From NCBI RefSeq assembly GCF_016097405.1, contig NZ_JAEHGD010000001.1, positions 1,391,693-1,423,692 on the forward strand: DNA of 32,000 bases. Reading direction: 5' to 3'. This DNA comes from a methane-oxidizing endosymbiont of Gigantopelta aegis. GTDB lineage: Bacteria > Pseudomonadota > Gammaproteobacteria > Methylococcales > Methylomonadaceae. Both the position numbers and the translations under genes were made by a program. Shown here piece by piece: positions 19,852 through 29,178 of this stretch; position 1 is the first letter of the stretch; the number at the start of each line of letters is the position of its first letter. The notes below the pieces were generated by a model. That model was given only the letters and a program-made list of their open reading frames with translations, ran no database searches and was not told the origin of the DNA.

Positions 19852-20229
19852 TGGTGGAGGCGGCGGGAATTGAACCCGCGTCCGCAAGTACTCCGCCTTA
19901 AGGTCTACATGCTTGTCCCATGCTTTTAATTTAACTGATGACTACCCGATGGGCCAGGAAAATCATCAGCGATTCCGATTGGTTTTAACGCTTTCGACTC
20001 CGGACGAAGTCTAGGCGCGATCTTATGTAAGATGACCCCTGAATGTCCCGAAGGACTCTGCACGCATAAGCACATGCAGTCAGAGGAGTGGTGCTGTTTT
20101 TAAGCAGCTAAAGCCACTGAGTAGTTTTCGTCGTTTGCGAATACTTTAAAGTCAGTATGTTTTACGAGATGTACTGTCCTCGGCATGCACTCAAGGTTTT
20201 GCTACCTGCGTCGAAGCCAAGTCGCCCCC
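19852..20229 (-). ncRNA. ssrA: Transfer-messenger RNA (tmRNA)
   Basis: 5' GGGGGCGACTTGGCTTCGACGCAGG; tag frame GCA AAC GAC GAA AAC TAC TCA GTG GCT TTA GCT GCT TAA (ANDENYSVALAA*, 20100-20138); 3' GGTTCAATTCCCGCCGCCTCCACCA. Confidence 0.97.
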
Positions 20230-20308
20230 TAAGTCTGTCCATTATATGACAAATTAATTCGAAATAGTTCATTATTTTTTTAAATTTTTTCCAACAAAAA
20301 TTATTTTA

Positions 20309-22474
20309 TCAATCTTCACCTTGTAAACGGGTGATCCAAGGGGTATCGGCTAAAGGGTCGACGTGAAAGATCAAGGCGTCAGATTTATGCAACAAACCTT
20401 CTTCACCAGATGCATTGGGATTGAGTTGTCTTTTCTGAAGAAAGTCTATCCAGCGTTGACTGTTGTAAATGACCAGGCCGCGTAAACCGAATGGATTGCT
20501 ATAAATTTGATAAGCCACATTATTTTCGGTAAAGCCAGGGTTGCGTTGAATCAATGATAGCAATTTCTGTTGGTGATGTCCTGCTAACTTTTTAAGAAAC
20601 GAATCGGGGTGTTCAAGGATTAATGTTTTTAAAAAAGGTTGGAGTGAATGTTGGGACTGATGCTGTTGTAACGCATTGATTTCTCGTTCAGACAAGGTAA
20701 AACTTTCAGCAACCAGGTAGTGCTGGTCAATATTGCCATCATTGGCAAATAAGGTGATTTTTTCAAGGTTTGGATCTTCGACGGCGGTTAGAAACGAACG
20801 CGGTGCGCGGATATGTTTATCGATGGTAATGACCCAGGGTAAGGCACGGCCGGTACGTTTAAAGCGTTCTTTGACGCTTTCGATAACGCCGCAGCGTGAG
20901 AGTTCTGTTTCGCGCCCGTGTGGTTTGACCAGAAAAGCATCGACTGCAGTAATTTGAGTATGGAAACCAGCGGCCTTGAAATCCTGAATAATAGTGGAGT
21001 AGCGCGGTTGATAGGGAATCCCTGTGCCATCGTAGAGAATATTGATGCCGGCTTCCTTGGCGTGTTGTGCCACCATATCCCGTAGTCGATTGGCAAAGGG
21101 TTCTACATAAACATAGTCGTCACTGTGGTGGTTGGCTGCGGTTAGTACATTGTATAGATCACTTAATTTACGGAATTCGTCCAACGAGGCAATGACATAG
21201 TTGTCTCCGCATTGAGCGGTAGCAATTTCTTCGACGGCTGTTTTTCCTGCGCCGGCCCCACCCATGCTCATGAATAATTTAGGTTTTAGGACGGGAATTT
21301 TCCCTTCAAATATTTTTTGTCGGGTATTGATTAAGATACGCTGTATGCTACAGAGTCTGTCATAGGCGATTTCAACGGTTCGTTCCAGGCGTTTATCACC
21401 ATCGGCGGCGGCAAGCAGACGTTTTTTAAGTGGCTCGTTATTGGCAACTTTAAACAAATGCTTTTTATCGCCTTCACATTCTTTTAGAAGATCCAGAAAC
21501 TCCATGTGGCTGGGGGTGCGTAGGCCGGTCAGCATATTGACATCCAAGCAAAATAGAGGGGCAACACCATCTTCTCGAATGGGGATACCATCAATCAGGC
21601 GTTTATCTGGATGTCGGAGGTATTCTGTACCAGGCAGATAGCCAATTATTTTTTCGGCAATACTCAAAGGACTGTCGGCTAGGTGTTTACCTTCGCTGAA
21701 TGGATCTTCAGTAATGCTATTCACTGGAACTAGTCCGCCGGTCACGGTGACTAAACACAGCACACCATCTTCTGTGGTATGGGATAGAAACGGAATGCCG
21801 GATAGAAAATATTTGTTTTCCGGCCAGGTGCCGTAGCTGTTAGCTTTGTTTGCCAAGGTTTTATTGCAGACTGGATCTAAGGCATGTTGAAATGCGAGGC
21901 TGATTTGCTTAAGGTCGCTATCTGGGCTATGAAGAATAACTGCGTCGCCTTTGGCCAGTCGTCTAAAATCAATACCGGCTTCGTAAACAGCTTTAAAGGC
22001 CGGCAAGTGTCCTAGCGTGCTCATAAATAAATCAAGTGTAATGCGATTGCCATAGGAAAATGGCCGTACATGTCGCATTTCCTGATAAAAACGCGCCAGC
22101 CTGTCAGCAATATTTTCGGTATAAATGACAAAACCGTTATTGTCGAATATCGCGGTGTCTTTGTTTTTCTGGCCATCAAGCACCAACTGGCCAATGGTGT
22201 TACGAAAGCGTTTTCGAGTGGTGGCGGAAATAATGATTCCTGGTCGGTGATTGACACTGGCCTGGTCTTTCCAGTCATGAAAAATATCCCGATGAATACG
22301 GGTGAATAACATAGTCAGATAGGTGACACGCTTGGTTTGATCATGTGAAACGGTTGCTTCGGCTTCGCGCGACAAGGTGGATAAAAGGTGTGTGCCTTGT
22401 AAGATAGCCAGCGTCGTTCTGAGTTTTTTTAACTGGTTGGCGGCGGGAAATTTCTTATTATCATTATTATTCAT
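20309..22474 (-). CDS. Large protein with C-terminal zeta-toxin-like P-loop kinase domain and possible degenerate Fic-like N-terminal motif
   Basis: 721 aa; FMSMGGAGAGKTAVEE (Walker A) followed by VIASLDEFR...ILYDGTGIPYQPRY, zeta-toxin-like; N-terminal HVRPFSYGNRITLDLFM resembles a Fic loop. Confidence 0.7.
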   Translation of the reverse strand: MNNNDNKKFPAANQLKKLRTTLAILQGTHLLSTLSREAEATVSHDQTKRVTYLTMLFTRIHRDIFHDWKDQASVNHRPGIIISATTRKRFRNTIGQLVLDGQKNKDTAIFDNNGFVIYTENIADRLARFYQEMRHVRPFSYGNRITLDLFMSTLGHLPAFKAVYEAGIDFRRLAKGDAVILHSPDSDLKQISLAFQHALDPVCNKTLANKANSYGTWPENKYFLSGIPFLSHTTEDGVLCLVTVTGGLVPVNSITEDPFSEGKHLADSPLSIAEKIIGYLPGTEYLRHPDKRLIDGIPIREDGVAPLFCLDVNMLTGLRTPSHMEFLDLLKECEGDKKHLFKVANNEPLKKRLLAAADGDKRLERTVEIAYDRLCSIQRILINTRQKIFEGKIPVLKPKLFMSMGGAGAGKTAVEEIATAQCGDNYVIASLDEFRKLSDLYNVLTAANHHSDDYVYVEPFANRLRDMVAQHAKEAGINILYDGTGIPYQPRYSTIIQDFKAAGFHTQITAVDAFLVKPHGRETELSRCGVIESVKERFKRTGRALPWVITIDKHIRAPRSFLTAVEDPNLEKITLFANDGNIDQHYLVAESFTLSEREINALQQHQSQHSLQPFLKTLILEHPDSFLKKLAGHHQQKLLSLIQRNPGFTENNVAYQIYSNPFGLRGLVIYNSQRWIDFLQKRQLNPNASGEEGLLHKSDALIFHVDPLADTPWITRLQGED

Positions 22475-22814
22475 ACGCTTATCCTGTCAATCTGTAACCT
22501 GTTTGGCTTGAGTATTGTAACCTACTGGACAGGATGAAAGCGTTTAAATGCGAAGAAGCTAGAGCAGGGTGGTTTAGGCTATAATTATCGGTTAAACGTA
22601 ATTAAAGACTTAAGTGTTTACTCAATAGTGTGCGGGCATGTTAGTCCGGTTGCGGTCAATGAGTTACCCAGCCTTGTCATTGTCGTGTCATGAAATTATT
22701 TATTTTTTATCAATAGCTTATGTTATTAACGATAAAGCTAGGTTAAGCTGATGCTGTCTTTTATTTTGTGAACTCTTTTTTGCATTTTGTAACTTAAAAA
22801 TTCAAGGATAATTT

Positions 22815-23828
22815 ATGAGCAAGTCCATCGTTCTTACAGGAATTACCACTACAGGAACGCCCCATTTGGGCAATTATGCCGGCGCGATTCGGCCCGCAAT
22901 TGCCGCCAGTAAAAATGATGATGTCAGGCCATTTTATTTTCTGGCTGATTATCATGCCTTAATTAAATGTCATGAACCTGAACGAGTAAAACAATCGAGC
23001 CTAGAAATAGCGGCAACCTGGCTGGCTTTAGGGTTAGATACCTCCAATGCCGTGTTCTATCGTCAGTCGGATGTGCCTGAAATACTGGAATTGACGTGGA
23101 TGTTGACTTGTGTAACAGCAAAAGGTTTGATGAATCGGGCGCATGCTTATAAAGCCGCTGTGGCCGAAAATGAAGAAGCCGGCGGTAAGGACCCGGATAA
23201 AGGCATTACCATGGGCCTGTTCAGTTATCCTATTTTAATGGCGGCCGATATTTTAATGTTTAATGCCAACAAGGTACCGGTTGGAAAAGATCAGATTCAG
23301 CATATTGAAATGGCACGCGATATTGCCAGTCGATTTAACCATATTTATGGTGAACATTTTACCTTGCCGGAAGCTGTGGTGGAGGAAAATGCAGCAACAT
23401 TGTTGGGATTAGATGGGCGCAAAATGAGTAAAAGTTATAACAACACCATCCCATTGTTTGAAAATGAGAAAAAATTCCGTAAATTGATCAATAAAATCAA
23501 AACCAACTCCTTGGAGCCTGGCGAGCCTAAAGACCCAGAAGGCTGTACTTTGTTTGGGATCTATCAGGCATTTGCCCGTGACTCTGAAGTGGCTGAGATG
23601 CGTCATCGTTATGCCGAAGGCATTGGCTGGGGTGAAATGAAAAAGATTTTATTTGAAAAAATAAACGAAGAAATCGCACCGGCACGGGAGCGCTATCAGG
23701 CTTTATTAGATGCACCTGAGCATATTGAAGAACAATTGCAAGAGGGCGCACAAAAGGCACGAGCGATTGCAACACCATTTATTCAGGAACTTAGAGAAGC
23801 TGTAGGCATTTCAAAAATCACAGCCTAA
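22815..23828 (+). CDS. trpS: Tryptophanyl-tRNA synthetase
   Basis: 337 aa: [18 protein letters not shown], and [13 protein letters not shown] (KMSKS motif). Confidence 0.97.
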   Translation: MSKSIVLTGITTTGTPHLGNYAGAIRPAIAASKNDDVRPFYFLADYHALIKCHEPERVKQSSLEIAATWLALGLDTSNAVFYRQSDVPEILELTWMLTCVTAKGLMNRAHAYKAAVAENEEAGGKDPDKGITMGLFSYPILMAADILMFNANKVPVGKDQIQHIEMARDIASRFNHIYGEHFTLPEAVVEENAATLLGLDGRKMSKSYNNTIPLFENEKKFRKLINKIKTNSLEPGEPKDPEGCTLFGIYQAFARDSEVAEMRHRYAEGIGWGEMKKILFEKINEEIAPARERYQALLDAPEHIEEQLQEGAQKARAIATPFIQELREAVGISKITA

Positions 23829-23933
23829 AACGCTATTCATCCTTCGGTCATTACTTAATAACACGGGGTACACAAAACTTATGGATACAAGGAGACTTTC
23901 TTTTGGCCACTTTCCATGGCAAGGCTGGGTTAA

Positions 23934-26705
23934 ATGACGACTATGGTTCCTGGGCAACGTTGGATGAGTAATACCGAAGCAGAATTAGGCTTGGGTCTTA
24001 TTCTGGAGGTCGAATTCAACCGGGTTACCGTGTTATATCTGGCGACGGGTGAGCGACGAGTCTATGCTAAGGCCAATGCGCCGTTGACGCGTGTACAATT
24101 TTCGCCGGGCGATAGCATAGAATCGATCGATGGCGAAAAAATCAAGATTGATGCCGTTCAGGAGCAAGATGGTCTTCTGATCTATATCGGTAAAAACGAA
24201 AGCGGGGATTCTGTCACGCTGGAGGAAATGGATCTGAACCCCCATATTCAGTTTAACAAGCCGCAAGATCGTCTGTTTAGTGGTCAATTCGATTCACCCG
24301 CCTGGTTTCAATTGCGGTATGAAACCTGGCGGCGGCAGGAAGCGTTTCAGCAGTCATCGGTTAAAGGATTACAAGGCGCTCGAGCAGCGCTGATTCCACA
24401 TCAGATTTATATTGCTCATGAGGCCGCTAATCGGATTCAACCACGGGTTATGCTGGCCGATGAAGTTGGTTTAGGTAAAACTATTGAAGCCGGGCTGATT
24501 ATGCATCACCGGCTACTGAACGGGTTGAGTAAGCGTATTCTGGTTATTGTACCGGATGCCTTGTTGCATCAGTGGCTGGTTGAAATGATCCGGCGCTTTA
24601 ATTTACGTTTCAGCCTATTTGATGAAGAACGTTGCCAAGTGGCCGCAGAAGTGGGTGAAAATCCATTTTTAACCGAGCAGCTCGTGTTATGTGGGCAGGG
24701 GTTTCTAGCGCAACATCCTAAGCGACAACAACAGGTTCTGGATGCGGGCTGGGATATGGTCGTGATCGATGAAGCCCATCATATCGAATGGGATGAGCAG
24801 AATCCTAGCGCTGAATATCGTTTTGTTGAAAACCTTGCCTTATCCACGCCTGGCCTGGTTTTACTGACAGCGACGCCAGAACAGATGGGGGCAAAGAGCC
24901 ATTTTGCCCGCTTAAGATTATTGGATCCAGACCGGTTTTATGATTTTGAGCAGTTTCAGGCCGAACAGAAACAGTATGAGCCAGTTGCTGAAATTGCCCA
25001 TCGACTGCTGTCCGATAGCGCTTTGACGATTGATGAAATTGACACGCTGCAACAACTTATTCGTCATGATCACGCCGAGAAATTGCTGGCGCAAGTGAAT
25101 CAGGCCGATGATATCAGGGCAGTGCGGGATGAATTGATTCAGTTGTTGCTTGATCAGCACGGAACCGGCCGCATTTTGTTTCGTAATTCTAGACAGACCG
25201 TCAAAGGTTTTCCTGACCGGCAATGTCATGCTTATTCTTTGTCGGCAAACGGGGCAGCTGTGGAAGATGTTTATCAAGATTGGCTGCTGAAAAAAATAAA
25301 ACAACTTGGGTCTGAAAAAGCCTTGCTGATCTGTCACAAGGCGGAGACAGTCGTCGCACTGGAAAAATGGTTGCGGGAAAAACACGGCATTGCCGCCGCC
25401 GTTTTCCATGAGGGCATGAGTATTGTCGAACGCGATCGGGCAGCCGCTTATTTTGCTGACCCGGAATCGTCGGCTACGATACTGCTCTGTTCGGAAATCG
25501 GTAGCGAAGGTCGAAATTTCCAATTTGTGCATCATCTGTTGTTATTTGACTTGCCGGATAACCCTGATTTATTACAGCAGCGCATAGGTCGCTTGGATCG
25601 TATTGGCCAGACCCATGTGATTCAAATTCATATTCCGTATATTGAAAACAGCCCGCAGCATGTCTTGTATCGCTGGTATCACGAGGGCTTGAATGCCTTT
25701 CAGCATAACTGCAATGGTGCCGCGCAAGTACTAGAACAGGTGCAGCCAGAGCTATAGCAGGCATTGATGCAAGCCGACAACAGTGACTGTGTTGAGACAC
25801 TGATTGCAAAAACACAGCAGGTGTTAAAGCAGGTGGAAGAACAATTACACAAGGGTCGAGACCCTTTGCTGGAATTGAATTCATGTCGTCCCGAACAAGC
25901 CCGGCAGTTGATTGAAGCACTGAAAAAGCGAGAGCTCGATGGCTCTTTATGGCCCTATATGGAGCAAGTCTTTGATTGTTATGGCATCAATACCGAATTT
26001 CATTCCGCCGATTGTTATATCCTGACGCCGACTGAAAATATGCGGGAAGCACATTTTCCGGGATTGGAAGATGATGGTGTTACTGTCACTATCAACCGCG
26101 ACATTGCGTTGGCGCGTGAAGATATGCAGTTTTTGACGGATGAGCATCCAATGGTGATGGCAGCAATGGATAGGGTATTGTCCAGCGAAACTGGAAATGC
26201 TTCGGTTGCCGTGATTCAACATCCAGCGTTAAAAGGCGGGCAATTTTTGTTGGAGATGTTGTTTATCGTTGAATGCAGTGCACCGCCCGTATTACAAATC
26301 AGCCGGTTTTTACCGCCCACCCCAATTCGGATTTTAATTGACCAGAACCAGAATGATCGTAGTGATGAAATCAGTCATCAAAGTATGATTGACACCGGTG
26401 ACCGTTTTGACAAACAACAAATTGCTCAGTTTTTGAATCATCAGCGTGAAGTTATCAACGCCATGATACGTCTGGCAGAGCAGGAAGCAGAACGCAGAAT
26501 GCAGGTACTGATTGATGCAAGCTGTCAACAATTATTGCTGACATATCGGACAGAAATCAAACGCCTGACACGCTTGAAGCAGGTGAACCCTGGCATTAAA
26601 CAAGACGAAATCGAACAGCTCAAAGAACTCGCTTTGTTGGGGCATGATAATATTCAACAGACGCAGTTGAAACTCGATGCCGTTCGTTTTGTGATTACAA
26701 AATAA
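23934..26705 (+). pseudogene. rapA: RapA-like SWI2/SNF2 ATPase, one 924-codon frame interrupted by an in-frame TAG at 25755-25757
   Basis: LADEVGLGKTIEAGLIMHHRLL, VIDEAHHIEW, LCSEIGSEGRNFQF, QQRIGRLDRIGQ; ORF 25764..26705 is in the same frame and encodes the RapA C-terminal region. Could still give two polypeptides or readthrough. Confidence 0.82.
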
Positions 26706-26803
26706 ATCCGAACTATTGTTTTGGCGTTATTCCAATATAAACCGAATGAGGTTTTGCGGTGTAAAGCGCGTCAATTAAACCTATTGCCTAACCAATATAA
26801 AGC

Positions 26804-27478
26804 ATGTTTGAACTTTACCTAGACAGCGCCGATGTGGCGCAAATCACCCATTTTCAACAATTTTTACCGCTAAAAGGGATAACGACCAATCCAACGATTC
26901 TGGCACGCTCAGGCTGTGGTGTGAATGCACTACTTGAGCAAGTCACACAGGTCATGGGGCCTGTGGCACGCTTTCATGTGCAAGTCGTCAGTCAAACGGT
27001 TGAAGATATTGTAGATGAGGCGAAACAATTAAACGCCTTGCCCTACGATATCGTGGTTAAAATCCCGGCGAATGAAAACGGCCTGGCGGCGATTCGGCAC
27101 GTCAGCGCCAATAATATTCCGGTTTTAGCGACAGCAATTTATACCGTCCAACAAGGCTTTATGGCGACGTTAGCGGGAGCGGACTATCTGGCTCCGTATG
27201 TCAATCGCATCGAAGCCAGTGGCGCAGATGGTGTTGAAATGGTTGGGGATTTACAACAACTGTTACACATGCATCGGCCCGAGTGCAAAATTTTGGCTGC
27301 CAGTTTTAAAAGTATCCACCAGGCTATGGCTGTGATTCAGACGGGCATAGCCGCCATTACTTTACCTTTGGATGTGGCGACCCAGCTTCTAAGACACACG
27401 GGGACAGAAGCGGCCATCAAGCAATTTAATCAGGATTGGCAGCACACATTTGGCGATAAAAAATCATTTCAAAGTTAA
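26804..27478 (+). CDS. TalC/fructose-6-phosphate aldolase-type transaldolase-like protein
   Basis: 224 aa: MFELYLDSADV...LKGITTNPTILARSG...VVKIPANENGLAAI...ATAIYTVQQGFMATLAGADYLAPYVNRIE. Confidence 0.92.
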   Translation: MFELYLDSADVAQITHFQQFLPLKGITTNPTILARSGCGVNALLEQVTQVMGPVARFHVQVVSQTVEDIVDEAKQLNALPYDIVVKIPANENGLAAIRHVSANNIPVLATAIYTVQQGFMATLAGADYLAPYVNRIEASGADGVEMVGDLQQLLHMHRPECKILAASFKSIHQAMAVIQTGIAAITLPLDVATQLLRHTGTEAAIKQFNQDWQHTFGDKKSFQS

Positions 27479-27574
27479 GTGTTGTCAATTTAGTGTGCCA
27501 AATCTGCTCTATACTTAAGCCGGTACAGTCAATTTACTGAGCAGAATAAAAATAACCCACAATTGCCCTGAATT

Positions 27575-28067
27575 ATGAAAGTTTCAGCATTACCGAATTT
27601 GTATCAATGGTTTATCCGAAATAGTGCTGTCGCTGTAGGGTATACCATACTGGGTTCTTTCAGTATCTATTTATCGGTGTTATCAGGCTATGTCAGTCCT
27701 TTTTGGCCGGCGGCTGGCTTGGCATTGGCGGCGGTATGGGTTTATCGCAGTAAAATTTTGCCCGGTTTAGCATTGGGCATTTTTTTTGCTGACTGGTTGG
27801 CTTTTAGCACTGATACGGGTAAATTTTTTAATGAAAATTTAGCCATCGCTTTGTTGAGTGCCGCTGGCAGTTTGTTACAGGCTGTTATCGGGGTGCGGGG
27901 TATTGAATATTTCAATGGCCGGAATAATCCATTGCTTGACGATAAAAGTATCTTGATTTTTTTGGTCGGGGGAATGTTAAGTTGCCTCATCGCGCCTGTT
28001 TTTGGCGGTGTCGGCTTGGTAATGTTTAAATCCATCCCCTGGCAAGATGTGATTGATTTGAGTTTTA
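27575..28067 (+). pseudogene. N-terminal part of a MASE1-domain signalling protein, split by the IS630-family element
   Basis: SVLSGYVSPFWPAAGLALAAVWVYRSKILPGLALGIFFADWL...; reading frame resumes at 29179 as TWWVGDSLGVIVFTPLLLCW. Confidence 0.88.
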
Positions 28068-29178
28068 TACTCTCCGCACATGAAAATAGAGCAAACCATC
28101 ATGCACCGATAATTTGAAAATTCTCAGTTAAAAGTGAGCGCAAATTGTCGACATGCTTTTCTGGCTCAGAAAAGAATGTCTCGCAGGCTATTTTGAATTC
28201 TTTGAATGTTTCATAATACTGGTCATATAAGATTTCTTGAAATATCGCCAGTACCGTTCAATCAAATTAAGATTCGGCGCATACGGCGGTAAAAACACTA
28301 ATTCAATTCGCGACATTTCAAGAAATTGTCTGACAGCCTTTGATCGGTAGTAGCGTGCATTATCGCAAATGATGTAAATAGTCCCAGCCTTCGGGTAACG
28401 TTCTTCAATCGCCTTACAAAGATCAATCGTTGCCTCGCCATTGATGGTGTCATAGAAGCGGCAGACAGTATCCAGAGAATCGATATTGACTGCACCGTTG
28501 ACATTGAGACGTTGACGCCCGGTATTACTCTGAATCGTGAATTCCACACCACGCTTAATCCAACCACAAGCCATTACAGGATTATGTTGTGGATGAACAC
28601 CATCCATGAACAATATCAAGTCTTCGGGCTGCTTGTCTTCCTTTAGTTGTTGATATTTCTCAAGGAACTCAGTTGGGCTTTGCATTAGCTTTGCCGGGTA
28701 TCAGCTTGGGCTTTTATAGACATAACCCAAGCGATGCAGCAGGCTGTCACACCGCGTTCACTATAGCGAACCTGCCAACGCTCTTTAATGTAAGCTGCAA
28801 CCGATTTAGCGGTTAAGTGAAGATTTTTCTGCAGATATTCATCCAACTCGGTCGCTTCTGAAACCGATAAGAAACTGGCACTTCCAACATGCTGAGTTTG
28901 TAGGAGTTTAGCAAGACCACCTTTCTTATATTTTCGATAGTAGGTACGGATTGTACGGTCAATGAGAAGTGCTTCGGCAACGTTTGTTGCTGACCAGCCT
29001 GAACCTAAAGAATGATGGCTTTAACTCGGTCTGCATCACGTTTTCTCGAAGCTCACCATGGCTTCGCGCAAATCGGCTAATTCAGTCTCTGGAAGGGTGT
29101 AATTCGACATGGCCTTATTTTATATATTTCACTCCATTACGTCATCTTTTTATGCTAAATTCTCATTTGCGAAGAGTA
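28068..29178 (-). mobile_element. IS630-family insertion sequence flanked by TA
   Basis: Imperfect TIRs TACTCTCCGCACATGAAAATAGAGCA / (reverse complement) TACTCTTCGCAAATGAGAATTTAGCA, flanked by TA at 28066-28067 and 29179-29180. Confidence 0.88.
28188..29110 (-). pseudogene. IS630-family transposase with frameshifts
   Basis: ORF 28188..28685 has LILFMDGVHPQHNP, ICDNARYYRSKAV, LVFLPPYAPNLNLIERYWRYFKK; N-terminal portion from 29110 is in other frames. Confidence 0.85.

Noticed and set aside
24918-25535. 205-aa minus-strand ORF within rapA, and 25474..25920 minus
   Set aside because: Antisense to a strong SNF2-helicase reading frame.
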